From assembly GCA_037969075.1 (NCBI GenBank), contig JBBKWS010000087.1, forward strand, positions 1-37,929: a stretch of DNA of 37,929 bases, in the 5' to 3' direction. Below, piece by piece: positions 1 through 9,084 of this stretch; within the stretch, counting starts at the first letter, position 1, and every line of letters begins with the position of its first letter. Below the pieces are notes generated by a model that was not told the DNA's origin, searched no databases, and was given only the letters and a program-made list of their open reading frames with translations. The position numbers were made by a program, and so were the translations under genes. This DNA comes from Bdellovibrionales bacterium. GTDB lineage: Bacteria > Bdellovibrionota > Bdellovibrionia > Bdellovibrionales > UBA840.

Positions 1-942
1 GGCGTTAAACCTAATGCTCAATTTACAAAGTCATCTAAGGGCTATTGGGTTCCAAAAGATACGATCACGCAAGAGATGGTTGCTATATATGCTCATATGG
101 AGAGATTAAAGGAATTAGATCAAGAGATAGGAATCGATATCTTACTTTCTTGGCCTCGAAAAATCGGGGTTGAAACTATAGCCAATGACGGTCATACAAA
201 AAAAAGAATCTATGAAAATGCGATGTACATTAGTCAACAAGATGTAATGTTATTTTTTCCTTATAGAGTTCAAAATTTACCTGTTTCACTTAATGCCGGA
301 ATCATAGCTCATGAACATTTCCACGCCATCTTTCAAAGAATTTTATTAGATCCATTAGGTTTAAAAGTAGATATTGAAGAGCTTTATAGAGGATATAGCA
401 CTAAGCCGCAATCTCAGGAAGAAATCACAAAAAAAGAAGTGGCTGCAAATAACCTTTTTATCCTTAGAGGTCTTAATGAGGGGTTAGCGGATGTATGGGG
501 CTCGATCTATACTGGGCAATCAGATTATATTAGTCAGACTTTATCTACATTAACCAGAAGCACCAGCCCTAGCCAATTGAGCGATGTACGAGCATTGCAA
601 AGCTATGTACCATTTATGCGTGCAACTAGTTCGCCACAGAGCTTAGAATCATCAGCCTATACTCTGGGGACGCAATATGCCAGGTTGATGAGAAAAGCTA
701 TGGGTGAAGAGAAGCTGTCTTCTTCTAAAATGGGACAAGCTATATTTGTTATTGAGAAACTTACTAAGCTTAGAGATATACTTATCGATAGTTTTGAATC
801 AAAGATTCCATCAGAAGTTTTGATTCATGCAATTTATAAAAAAGAAGAATTGAATAAAGAAAACTGTGAATGGATTCATCCTTTGGTGGCGGAATCTAAG
901 TCAGAATACGATGTTACCTGCAATGAGCTTGCTCTTAAATGA
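1..942 (+). CDS. Gluzincin-type zinc metallopeptidase-like protein, 5'-truncated by window edge
   Basis: Frame is open from base 1 (GVKPNAQFTK...), so the ORF-track start at 76 is probably internal. HExxH motif (AHEHFH) and downstream NEGLAD third-ligand motif as in thermolysin-like gluzincins. Confidence 0.7.
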   Translation, partial: GVKPNAQFTKSSKGYWVPKDTITQEMVAIYAHMERLKELDQEIGIDILLSWPRKIGVETIANDGHTKKRIYENAMYISQQDVMLFFPYRVQNLPVSLNAGIIAHEHFHAIFQRILLDPLGLKVDIEELYRGYSTKPQSQEEITKKEVAANNLFILRGLNEGLADVWGSIYTGQSDYISQTLSTLTRSTSPSQLSDVRALQSYVPFMRATSSPQSLESSAYTLGTQYARLMRKAMGEEKLSSSKMGQAIFVIEKLTKLRDILIDSFESKIPSEVLIHAIYKKEELNKENCEWIHPLVAESKSEYDVTCNELALK

Positions 943-1466
943 AGTACTTCTTATTACTTTTTTTGTTTAGTGTAAGTAGCCAAGCTCAAGTTTTTGTGGG
1001 GTATTCCTATGCTCCTAGATTAGAGGACTCTACTTCTGGACAAGAAACTAAATTTGAAGCTAGAAATTTATTTTATACAGGATACTCAAAAGATGATTGG
1101 CGTGTACAACTGCAATATTCGACTGAATCAGAGGGCACGGTAAATGGATCTAGTTCTATAGATACTAAGTCGTACGAGATTATAGGGTGGGGTAAATACT
1201 TACTTCCACTGAATGCGGCTTATGACATAAAATATTATGTTGGTGGTGGTTTAGGTCTTACCTGGGATAAGGTAGACACAACGCTGGGTGCGCAGAAAAT
1301 CAAAGATACTTCTGACCGTGAAATAGTATTAGGCGTTATCTTTGAAGGTTTAAAGTTTGTTTTACCGCAATTATCAGTTGGCTCAGATTTAAAGGTAATT
1401 TACTCACAGTATTACTCTAAGCGGCCCACTTTTGAGCTAGGTCTTAATATCGCCTATTATTTTTAG
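939..1466 (+). CDS. Small outer-membrane beta-barrel protein
   Basis: Signal peptide (..SSQA|Q), alternating aromatic beta-strands (YYVGGGLGL), C-terminal ..LNIAYYF BAM-type signal; ATGA overlap with upstream gene. Confidence 0.75.
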   Translation: MKYFLLLFLFSVSSQAQVFVGYSYAPRLEDSTSGQETKFEARNLFYTGYSKDDWRVQLQYSTESEGTVNGSSSIDTKSYEIIGWGKYLLPLNAAYDIKYYVGGGLGLTWDKVDTTLGAQKIKDTSDREIVLGVIFEGLKFVLPQLSVGSDLKVIYSQYYSKRPTFELGLNIAYYF

Positions 1467-1495
1467 TTTACAAAAAATGCTGAAGTGTTTACGCT
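1467..1495 (+). promoter_or_regulatory. sigma70-like promoter, probable leaderless start
   Basis: TTTACA-N17-TACGCT, then 7 nt to ATG at 1503; no Shine-Dalgarno (SD). Confidence 0.45.
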
Positions 1496-1502
1496 TAAGT
1501 AT

Positions 1503-2090
1503 ATGATACACTTATTATTACTCCTTTCATTTGCCGCCACAACAACTTCAGCAATAGATCCATTGTCACTAGCTCTTAGTAAAAATGTTATGGATTTAAA
1601 CTACTATTTAAAGAATTTAGGAGCGGATCAAACGCTTGAGACTTTAGATACGCAAGATCAAGGAAAGCCAGATACATTTATTATTTTTAAAACAGTTGAT
1701 AGTAATAAAGTGCTGCTAATGCATTTATTTGACATGAACAGAGATCAAAAAATTGATGTAGTGAAGCACTTCAAAGATGGCAAGGTGATAAAAACAGAAT
1801 CAATTCTAGACCGCGAGGGAAAAGTATTTGCGATCACAGATTTCGACACCGAGACGGGGTTTGAAATTTCAAAAACCCTATTTGATCAACAAATTTTAAC
1901 AAAGAAAATTAGTTTTAAAAATGAGCTACGTAGAGAAGAGATCGATAGAAATTTGGATGGCAAAGTAGATAAATGGATACACTTCAGAAATGGCAAAGTT
2001 TTAAAAACTGAAATCGATGAAAACTTTGATGGAAAGACTATTAAAGTGATAGCTGGAGAGGGTTCTTCAGATAAAAATAATTCTAAATAA
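1503..2090 (+). CDS. Exported protein with repeated Dx[DN]xDG-like putative Ca2+-binding loops
   Basis: Signal peptide from ATG 1503 (MIHLLLLLSFAATTTSA); motifs DTQDQGKPD, DMNRDQKID, DRNLDGKVD, DENFDGK. Confidence 0.6.
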   Translation: MIHLLLLLSFAATTTSAIDPLSLALSKNVMDLNYYLKNLGADQTLETLDTQDQGKPDTFIIFKTVDSNKVLLMHLFDMNRDQKIDVVKHFKDGKVIKTESILDREGKVFAITDFDTETGFEISKTLFDQQILTKKISFKNELRREEIDRNLDGKVDKWIHFRNGKVLKTEIDENFDGKTIKVIAGEGSSDKNNSK

Positions 2091-2119
2091 AAAAAAGAGT
2101 CCCTAGAGACTCTTTTTTT
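2090..2119. terminator. Bidirectional intrinsic terminator
   Basis: A-tract, AGAGTC stem, CCTAGA loop, GACTCT stem, T-tract, between two convergent genes. Confidence 0.8.
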
Positions 2120-2141
2120 ATAATAACGGCACTCGGATTAA

Positions 2142-2972
2142 TTATTGTGAAATTCTAGTTACAAAGCCTTTTAACTTAGCTTCTTGATATATTGTCTGAA
2201 GATGCTTATTTGCCTCATCTTGGCCTGCAAAAGAACCTACACTAACGCGGTACCATGTTTGTCCTTTTAGCTCAGCTTTTACATAATAAGCGGCTAGCCC
2301 CTTTTTTGTTAAATCTTCAGCGAAGGACTTGGCTTCTTCTTCTGATTTATATGATGCTACTTGTACGGTATATTTTCCGAGGGCACTAGATGCTTGTAAG
2401 CTCGGATAGCTTGCGGGTATTCTAGATACTTCTTTTTTAGGGGTTACAACGACGTGCTGTTGATTTGTCGCAATTCTCTCAGCAACCATAGTTGTGTGGT
2501 CCACTTTTTTCTCAGCGGTCTTATGTGTATTAGTGGCTACATGCTTATTAGCCTGTTCTGCTTGTGGCTCTCTAGCTACCGTTTTAGTTTTGTGTCTAAT
2601 TTGCTGTGCTTTTTCGATCGCGGCCATATCATGATCTAGCTTCTCAAGAGCTTGTTGTGCTAAAGCCTCAGCTTCTTGATGCTTGTCTGTTACTGTTTCA
2701 GCAATTTTTTTAGCATCTTCATGAGAAAATTCCTCTGTAAGGCTTTTTAGATCTTCATCAGATAATGCATTTTCAGGTTTAACTTCTAAATGTTCAACTG
2801 AAGCCGTGTCACGATCTATATTTTCTGTCTCTAGAGATGTGAGTCTATGTTGGTCCTCCGTAAACTTTTTGCCTGCGAAAGTTCCCACGGCAAAAGAACA
2901 AATTGCTATTACGAATACGACACAAAACTTCAAAAGCACTTCCGCAGCAGCGCCCCCTACCTGATTGAACAT
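2142..2972 (-). CDS. Membrane-anchored SPOR-domain peptidoglycan-binding protein (FtsN/DedD-like architecture)
   Basis: N-terminal TM helix, charged linker, C-terminal SPOR (YTVQVASY...WYRVSVGSF). AGGAGG lies 7 nt before ATG at 2972, favouring it over 2999. Confidence 0.8.
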   Translation of the reverse strand: MFNQVGGAAAEVLLKFCVVFVIAICSFAVGTFAGKKFTEDQHRLTSLETENIDRDTASVEHLEVKPENALSDEDLKSLTEEFSHEDAKKIAETVTDKHQEAEALAQQALEKLDHDMAAIEKAQQIRHKTKTVAREPQAEQANKHVATNTHKTAEKKVDHTTMVAERIATNQQHVVVTPKKEVSRIPASYPSLQASSALGKYTVQVASYKSEEEAKSFAEDLTKKGLAAYYVKAELKGQTWYRVSVGSFAGQDEANKHLQTIYQEAKLKGFVTRISQ

Positions 2973-3048
2973 GAACCAACCTCCTACTATATATTTCATG
3001 GTAATGTCTTTTTAGAATTTTGGAAAGAATAAAACATAATTATTTCGA

Positions 3049-3062
3049 GTCAAAAGATTGAC
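3049..3062. promoter_or_regulatory. Palindromic putative enhancer (FleQ-box-like)
   Basis: GTCAAAAGATTGAC (GTCAA-N4-TTGAC) about 110 bp upstream of a sigma54 promoter. Confidence 0.45.
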
Positions 3063-3170
3063 CTAGATGGAAATCCAGAAAGTCAAAATGGCAGGTACTA
3101 TTGCCTAAAATATGCACTCTTTATGGATTTAAGTAGGTGTTACGCCCTCTCTTCCAAACCTAAGTCTTGC

Positions 3171-3186
3171 TGGCACTACAATTGCT
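3171..3186 (+). promoter_or_regulatory. sigma54 -24/-12 promoter of the fliL operon
   Basis: TGGCAC-TACAA-TTGCT, exact TGGCAC-N5-TTGCW consensus, 40 nt before fliL. Confidence 0.85.
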
Positions 3187-3225
3187 TAACAATTAGTTTG
3201 GAGAACCGCATCGGAGGATTACAAC

Positions 3226-3753
3226 GTGGCAGATGAAAAACCCAAGGAAAACGAAGGGGAGAAAAAGCAGTCCAGTCAAAAACCTATCCTATTCATAGGT
3301 CTGGCAGTCTTTAACTTAGTAGTAGTAATAGGAGTGGCATACATGCTGTACAGCTGGAAAAAGCACGAAGAGGCCAAAACAACGATTCAAGATGTTGTTG
3401 AAGGCGAACATGCTGAGCAGGAGCGCGATAAGCTAGAAGAAGAAGAGCTTGTTGGTCTGTCTGTGCCACTTGAGACGTTTCTTGTTAATTTAGCCGGAGT
3501 TAGAGGCGGTAGATTACTTAAGGTAACAATGTCTTTAGAAGTAGATAGTGTGGATGTTCAAAATGAAGTAGAGAAGCGCAAGGCAGAAATTCGCGATACA
3601 ATTTTAATACTATTGTCGAGTAAGTCGTTCGATCAGGTTTCAAGTAGAGATGGAAAAGATTTTTTAAGGGAAGAGGTTAGAGATACTTTGAATTCATTCT
3701 TAACAAAAGGAAAAGTTAAGAGCGTCTTATTTACAGAGTTTTTCTATAACTAA
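3226..3753 (+). CDS. fliL: Flagellar basal body-associated protein FliL
   Basis: Single N-terminal TM, FLVNL motif, IRDTILILLS, C-terminal VLFTEF; GGAGG SD; precedes fliM. Confidence 0.92.
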   Translation: MADEKPKENEGEKKQSSQKPILFIGLAVFNLVVVIGVAYMLYSWKKHEEAKTTIQDVVEGEHAEQERDKLEEEELVGLSVPLETFLVNLAGVRGGRLLKVTMSLEVDSVDVQNEVEKRKAEIRDTILILLSSKSFDQVSSRDGKDFLREEVRDTLNSFLTKGKVKSVLFTEFFYN

Positions 3754-3791
3754 TTATTAATAGACTTTAAGCGAGCTAAGGAAGGCAAGTC

Positions 3792-4811
3792 ATGAGTCAG
3801 GTTTTATCACAAAGTGAAGTAGATGCATTATTAGCTGCCGTTTCGGATGGTGGAGCTGATGAAGCAGATGGTGAAGGCGGAGGAGCTGGCGGCGGTGGCG
3901 GCAGTCCGTCGACCAAGGCAGGTAATGAGAATATAGTTATCTATGATTTAACAAGTCAGGATAGAATTATTCGAGGTAGATTTCCTCAGTTAGATGTAAT
4001 CTATGAAAAATTCATGCGAGTGTTTCGAGTTTCTCTATCTAATGCTCTTCGTAAAATAGCTACCATCAATCATGCGAGTACAGACTTCTTAAAGTTTGGT
4101 GAATTCATTAATACATTGCCAATGCCAACATGCATGAGTGTGTTGCGTTTTGGAGCGCTTAGAGGATCAAGTTTATTTGTTATTGAAAGCAAATTGGCCT
4201 ACGCACTAGTGGATAGTTTTTTTGGTGGAGCAGATAGACCGTATACAAAAATTGAAGGAAAAGATTTTACTCCAATTGAATTATCAATTGTAAGAAGAGT
4301 TGTTGATTTAGCCATTGATGACTTAGAGCAAGCTTGGCAATCAGTTTGTAAAATCGACTGTAGTTTTTTAAGAACAGAGATTAACCCGCAGTTTGTTGGT
4401 ATTGTACCGCCAACAGATATCGTGATTGCGTCTACTTTTGATGTAGAGTTAGAAAATGCAAATGGAACAATTACAATTGTAGTTCCATATTCGACGATAG
4501 AACCGATTCGTCAAAAATTATCTTCAGGATTTCAAGTTGAATCAGACCAGACAGATAAAAAACTATGGTCATCAATTATCAATAAGCAATTAATAGATAC
4601 GCAAGTAGATATATTGGTGGAGCTAGGGAGTACTGAACTCACTCTACGAGAAATAATGGAGCTAAAGGTAGGCGATGTTATCCCACTTGATCAAGATGCT
4701 AGTGGTGAGCTTACTGTAGAAGTAGAAGATGTTGGAAAGTACAAATCATATTACGGTGTAAGTCATGGAAATGTAGCAGTTCAATTAACAAAAGTTTTAG
4801 ATAAAAAATAA
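3792..4811 (+). CDS. fliM: Flagellar motor switch protein FliM
   Basis: N-terminal LSQSEVDALL CheY-binding motif, FFGG, EINPQF, C-terminal SpoA domain. Confidence 0.96.
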   Translation: MSQVLSQSEVDALLAAVSDGGADEADGEGGGAGGGGGSPSTKAGNENIVIYDLTSQDRIIRGRFPQLDVIYEKFMRVFRVSLSNALRKIATINHASTDFLKFGEFINTLPMPTCMSVLRFGALRGSSLFVIESKLAYALVDSFFGGADRPYTKIEGKDFTPIELSIVRRVVDLAIDDLEQAWQSVCKIDCSFLRTEINPQFVGIVPPTDIVIASTFDVELENANGTITIVVPYSTIEPIRQKLSSGFQVESDQTDKKLWSSIINKQLIDTQVDILVELGSTELTLREIMELKVGDVIPLDQDASGELTVEVEDVGKYKSYYGVSHGNVAVQLTKVLDKK

Positions 4812-4822
4812 TAGGGGGATCT

Positions 4823-5158
4823 ATGTCAGAAGAAGCAAATGCAATTGAAGAAAAGGCTGAAGAAACTAAGCCTGAAGTAGTGGAAGCAGCAAAGGGCGCA
4901 AGAAACTTGGATTTAATTTTAGATATTCCATTAAAAGTGTCTGTAGAGCTAGGTAGAACTAAGATGCTTGTAAGTGACCTTTTAAATTTAGGTCAAGGTA
5001 GTGTAGTAGAGCTAAATAAGCTAGCTGGTGAGGCATTAGAAATACTAGTTAATGATAAGATTATAGCTAAAGGTGAAGCAGTAGTTGTAAATGAAAAATT
5101 TGGAGTACGTTTAACGGATATTATTTCTCCAATGGAACGTGTTCAGCAATTAAAGTAG
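4823..5158 (+). CDS. fliN: Flagellar motor switch protein FliN
   Basis: LDIPLKVSVELGRT...GEAVVVNEKFGVRLTDI. Confidence 0.96.
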   Translation: MSEEANAIEEKAEETKPEVVEAAKGARNLDLILDIPLKVSVELGRTKMLVSDLLNLGQGSVVELNKLAGEALEILVNDKIIAKGEAVVVNEKFGVRLTDIISPMERVQQLK

Positions 5159-5167
5159 GGGCGACTA

Positions 5168-6214
5168 ATGTTTAAGAGTATATTGTTAATTTTAATGATG
5201 ACGAATGCAGCTTTTGCTGCAGAGGCGGTGCTAAAAGATGTATCCACTGCCATTAAAAATGGTAAGGCCACCATTGAGTATACTTTTGAAAACAGGGTAG
5301 ATCCCAGAAAGGTGTCTTTTGATTTTATCAATGACACTATTCAACTAGATGTGCCAAATGCTTTTATTGAAGAGAAAAAGAGATTTACGGATGTAGAAGA
5401 TGAAAAGATTAAAAATCTATATTCTTATCAAATCTCCAAGGATACGCTTCGTTTACGTATTAACTACAAACCAGGTAATAATGCAGCAGATTTTGAAAAT
5501 GCTGTGGCTACATCCTTCGTTGAAAATAAAATGATTGTTACTATTGACGATGGCAGAGTGCCGATGAAGCCAGTTGCCAATCTACCTGAAAAGCGAACGA
5601 TCAATGTTGTAAAAGTTGAAGACCTTACTGGTGAAATTGAAACAACAACTAACGTTACTGACCAAAAAACAAATGAGACTTTGGCTGTTGCATCACTGGC
5701 AAACAAAGAGACCAACGCTGAATCAGAGCCTGTTACGATTACTAGCGAAGAAGATATTCCAGTTTTACAATCTATCCCAGAAGTAGAATCTAAAAAATCA
5801 GGAACTACACTGTTTAGAATCATTAGTAGTTTTGTAATATTAGGTCTATTCGCTTTTGGTATGTTTTTATTAAATAGAAAGTGGTCAAAAACGAAATTAA
5901 AAAATCCACACACTCATATTAAGGTGCTTACGCAGCATTATATTGGCCCAAAGAAAAGTTTGGCAATTATTCGAGTTGCTGGTGAATCAATATTAATTGG
6001 TGTTACAGAAAATAATATTAGCTTAATTAAAGAGTTATCGCTTTTAGATGACGATCTTCCTCAAGAAGTTCCAGAAAACTTTGATTCCTCTATGGATGAA
6101 GCGGATCAAAATTATGAACAAGAAGAACGATTTGGTAAAGAGCAAGACAATTTCAGTATTTCGGGTATTAAAGATATTGTAAAAACTCGTCTTAAGACGA
6201 TGAGGGATCTGTGA
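5168..6214 (+). CDS. fliO: FliO/FliZ with large N-terminal exported domain
   Basis: Between fliN and fliP; TM followed by IGPKKSLAIIRVAGESILIGVTENNISLI FliO signature. Confidence 0.85.
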   Translation: MFKSILLILMMTNAAFAAEAVLKDVSTAIKNGKATIEYTFENRVDPRKVSFDFINDTIQLDVPNAFIEEKKRFTDVEDEKIKNLYSYQISKDTLRLRINYKPGNNAADFENAVATSFVENKMIVTIDDGRVPMKPVANLPEKRTINVVKVEDLTGEIETTTNVTDQKTNETLAVASLANKETNAESEPVTITSEEDIPVLQSIPEVESKKSGTTLFRIISSFVILGLFAFGMFLLNRKWSKTKLKNPHTHIKVLTQHYIGPKKSLAIIRVAGESILIGVTENNISLIKELSLLDDDLPQEVPENFDSSMDEADQNYEQEERFGKEQDNFSISGIKDIVKTRLKTMRDL

Positions 6215-6948
6215 AAAAATATATTTGGCTGTTTCCTATATTATTTTTTGCTAGTGAAGCATTTGCTCAAATAACTCTGCCAAATGTGAATATAGGAATG
6301 CAAACGTACTCTAAGCCTGAAGATGTTGTGAATACTATAAAAGTATTAGTAATGTTGACGGTGTTAACATTAGCTCCTGCATTTATGATAATGATGACAG
6401 GTTTCACTAGAATACTTATTGTACTGTCATTTTTAAGACAGGCATTGGGTACTCAGCAGATGCCGCCTAACCAAATGTTAGTAGGCCTAAGTTTATTTTT
6501 AACGTTCTTCATAATGAACCCTTATTTTACAGAATTAAATACGAATGCAATTCAGCCTTACTTAAAAGGAACGATATCACAAGATCAAGCATTTGATAAT
6601 GGTATGGCCCCAATGAGACAGTTTATGTTTAATCAGACTAGAGATAAGGATTTATCTTTGTTTGTTAAACTATCAAAGATGGAAACTCCTAAAACTCGTG
6701 CCGATGTGCCTAGTACAGTTTTGATTCCAGCTTTTATCATATCAGAATTGAAAACTGCTTTTCAAATAGGGTTCATTATTTACTTACCATTTTTAGTTAT
6801 CGATATGGTTGTGTCTAGCGTCCTCATGGCTATGGGTATGATGATGTTGCCGCCAGTGATGATTTCACTTCCATTTAAAATAATGTTGTTTGTTTTGGTT
6901 GATGGCTGGGGCTTATTGATTGGTTCAATGGTAAAAAGTTTTGGGTGA
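6211..6948 (+). CDS. fliP: Flagellar export gate protein FliP
   Basis: MMTGFTRILIV, QQMPPNQ, MAMGMMMLPP, FVLVDGW. Confidence 0.97.
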   Translation: MKKYIWLFPILFFASEAFAQITLPNVNIGMQTYSKPEDVVNTIKVLVMLTVLTLAPAFMIMMTGFTRILIVLSFLRQALGTQQMPPNQMLVGLSLFLTFFIMNPYFTELNTNAIQPYLKGTISQDQAFDNGMAPMRQFMFNQTRDKDLSLFVKLSKMETPKTRADVPSTVLIPAFIISELKTAFQIGFIIYLPFLVIDMVVSSVLMAMGMMMLPPVMISLPFKIMLFVLVDGWGLLIGSMVKSFG

Positions 6949-6951
6949 TAT

Positions 6952-7221
6952 ATGAATGAAGATATGGTTTATTTTTTAGGTAAAGAAACGATAAAGGTAG
7001 CTGCCATGATTGCAACTCCATTATTGCTTTCATCTTTAGTGATAGGTCTATTAGTCAGTATATTCCAGGCAATTACCCAGATCAATGAGGCGACGCTTAC
7101 ATTTATACCAAAAATTTTGATCATAGCTATAGTGCTTGTTTTGCTGGGCCCATGGATGCTCGATGAAATGGTACGTTTTACGACTGAACTTTTTGACAAT
7201 ATAGCGACATACGTGAGGTAG
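6952..7221 (+). CDS. fliQ: Flagellar export gate protein FliQ
   Basis: FQAITQINEATLTFIPK motif. Confidence 0.96.
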   Translation: MNEDMVYFLGKETIKVAAMIATPLLLSSLVIGLLVSIFQAITQINEATLTFIPKILIIAIVLVLLGPWMLDEMVRFTTELFDNIATYVR

Positions 7222-7222
7222 C

Positions 7223-7999
7223 TTGGATATTTTTCACTTTAATGAAATTGAAATGTTAGCCTTCTTACTAGTTTTGGTAAGAGTGTCGGTATTTTTTGCT
7301 CTTTGGCCAGTGTTTGGCGTATTTGCTGTTCCAGCGTTTGCAAAAATATTCACATCACTATTGGTTAGTATTCTGATTTTCCCCAATGTGGCGTGGAAGG
7401 AACTAAGCGAGTCATTAAGTTCAAATATGATTATCCTTATGGTCGCGCGTGAAGTTTTTGTTTCATTAGTTCTTGTGTATATTGGGCGATTACTATTTTT
7501 TGCTGTAAATGTTTGTGGTCAATTAGTAACGATGTCTTTGGGCCTTTCAAGTTCAGAGGTATATAACCCAACAATGGATTCTAGAGCTTCGGCCGTCGAG
7601 CAATTTCAGTTGATGATAGCTACCTTAGTGTTTTTGGCTTGGAGTGGCCATCATATATTTTTACAGGCAATGGTTGAAAGTTTTACGATCATACCACTAT
7701 CAAACGTATTTATAAATACGGTAAACCCAGAAACTATAGCAAATTTAATTCAACAGGTAATGACGGTCGGCATACAATTATCCGGCCCCGTAATGGCTGC
7801 TATATTTTTTATGAATATAGCACTTGGTTTAGTGGGAAGAGCTGTACCGCAGATTAATATTTTAATAACAAGTTTGTCGGCCAATATTGCGATGGGCTTG
7901 TTGATACTTTTAATAACTATTCCAGCTTTTATCTATGGGTTTAAACATTTTGTTAATATATCAGGAATTAATTTATTTGCAGTTTTAAAAGAGATTTAG
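7223..7999 (+). CDS. fliR: Flagellar export gate protein FliR
   Basis: Polytopic membrane protein, GHH..L, GRAVPQINI motifs; between fliQ and flhB; TTG start. Confidence 0.93.
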   Translation: MDIFHFNEIEMLAFLLVLVRVSVFFALWPVFGVFAVPAFAKIFTSLLVSILIFPNVAWKELSESLSSNMIILMVAREVFVSLVLVYIGRLLFFAVNVCGQLVTMSLGLSSSEVYNPTMDSRASAVEQFQLMIATLVFLAWSGHHIFLQAMVESFTIIPLSNVFINTVNPETIANLIQQVMTVGIQLSGPVMAAIFFMNIALGLVGRAVPQINILITSLSANIAMGLLILLITIPAFIYGFKHFVNISGINLFAVLKEI

Positions 8000-8016
8000 A
8001 GTTCTAGGAAGGAACT

Positions 8017-9084
8017 ATGGCAGACGAGGGCGGCGAAAAAACAGAAGAAGCCACATCGCAACGAAGAGAAGAATTTCGTAAGCGTGGTCAAGTAGCACAA
8101 TCTAAAGAGATTGCTACATTCTTATTGCTATTAGGCAGTGCTCTTACGTTTTGGGCTACCGGTAAAATGATCCTTAATCATGCCACAGATTTATTTGAAA
8201 ATTTTTTCTCGAACTATATTGTTACAGCGGCAAGAAGCGGCGACTATTCGGCGGCAGTATTGTTTGCTGTTAAAAAAGGCGCATTGATTATTGGTCCCTT
8301 GTTAGGAATGGCCTTAGTTGTTGGGGTCGCTTCTACTTTACTTCAAATAGGATTTATATATAACGAAGAAGCCCTGCAATTTAAATTGGAGAAAATAAAT
8401 CCGATCAATGGATTAAAACGAATGTTTAGTCTTAGAGCTGTTGTTGACGGCTTGAAGTCACTTATTAAATTAATAATTATAACTGCGATTGTTTACACTA
8501 TTATTAAAAGTGAAGTGCAGCATATAAGTGTTCTAGTCGATTTTAGTATGTCCCAATTTTTAAGTTATTTTGGAACAATCACCTTTAAGTTATTAGGGGC
8601 AGCGACTCTTTTTATGGGTGTTCTTGCTGTGTTGGATTATGGATATCAGCGTTGGGAACTAGAAAAAGAAATGAAAATGAGTAAGCAAGAGGTTAAAGAA
8701 GAAAATAAAAGCCGAGAGGGTGATCCTTTGATCAAGGCTCGTATTAGAAGAGTTCAAAGAGAAATGGCCAATAAGAGAATGATGTCTGAAGTGCCTAAGG
8801 CCGATGTTATAGTTACAAATCCCACGCACATTGCTGTAGCTTTAAAATACCAAGCAGGGATGGCATCTCCGGTATTGATTGCTAAGGGCGCCGACTTAAT
8901 TGCCGAAAAAATTAAGAAAATTGCTAAAGAAAACAATATTCCAGTTATAGAAAATAAACCATTAGCTAGGGCTATATTTAAAACTTTAAAAATTGGTCAA
9001 TTAATTCCTAGGGAACTGTTTAAGACGGTAGCTGAAGTTCTAGCTTATGTATATAGACTAAAAAGAAAAAAGAGGAAAGCGTAA
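8017..9084 (+). CDS. flhB: Flagellar export switch protein FlhB
   Basis: EKTEEAT N-terminus, EGDP, NPTH autocleavage motif. Confidence 0.97.
   Translation: MADEGGEKTEEATSQRREEFRKRGQVAQSKEIATFLLLLGSALTFWATGKMILNHATDLFENFFSNYIVTAARSGDYSAAVLFAVKKGALIIGPLLGMALVVGVASTLLQIGFIYNEEALQFKLEKINPINGLKRMFSLRAVVDGLKSLIKLIIITAIVYTIIKSEVQHISVLVDFSMSQFLSYFGTITFKLLGAATLFMGVLAVLDYGYQRWELEKEMKMSKQEVKEENKSREGDPLIKARIRRVQREMANKRMMSEVPKADVIVTNPTHIAVALKYQAGMASPVLIAKGADLIAEKIKKIAKENNIPVIENKPLARAIFKTLKIGQLIPRELFKTVAEVLAYVYRLKRKKRKA

Noticed and set aside
3089..3105. Second sigma54-like motif TGGCAGGTACTATTGCC upstream of fliL
   Set aside because: 11-nt spacing; a perfect site exists at 3171.
3850..3905. GC-rich GGC runs in fliM
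   Set aside because: Encodes a Gly-rich flexible linker after the CheY-binding peptide; ordinary.
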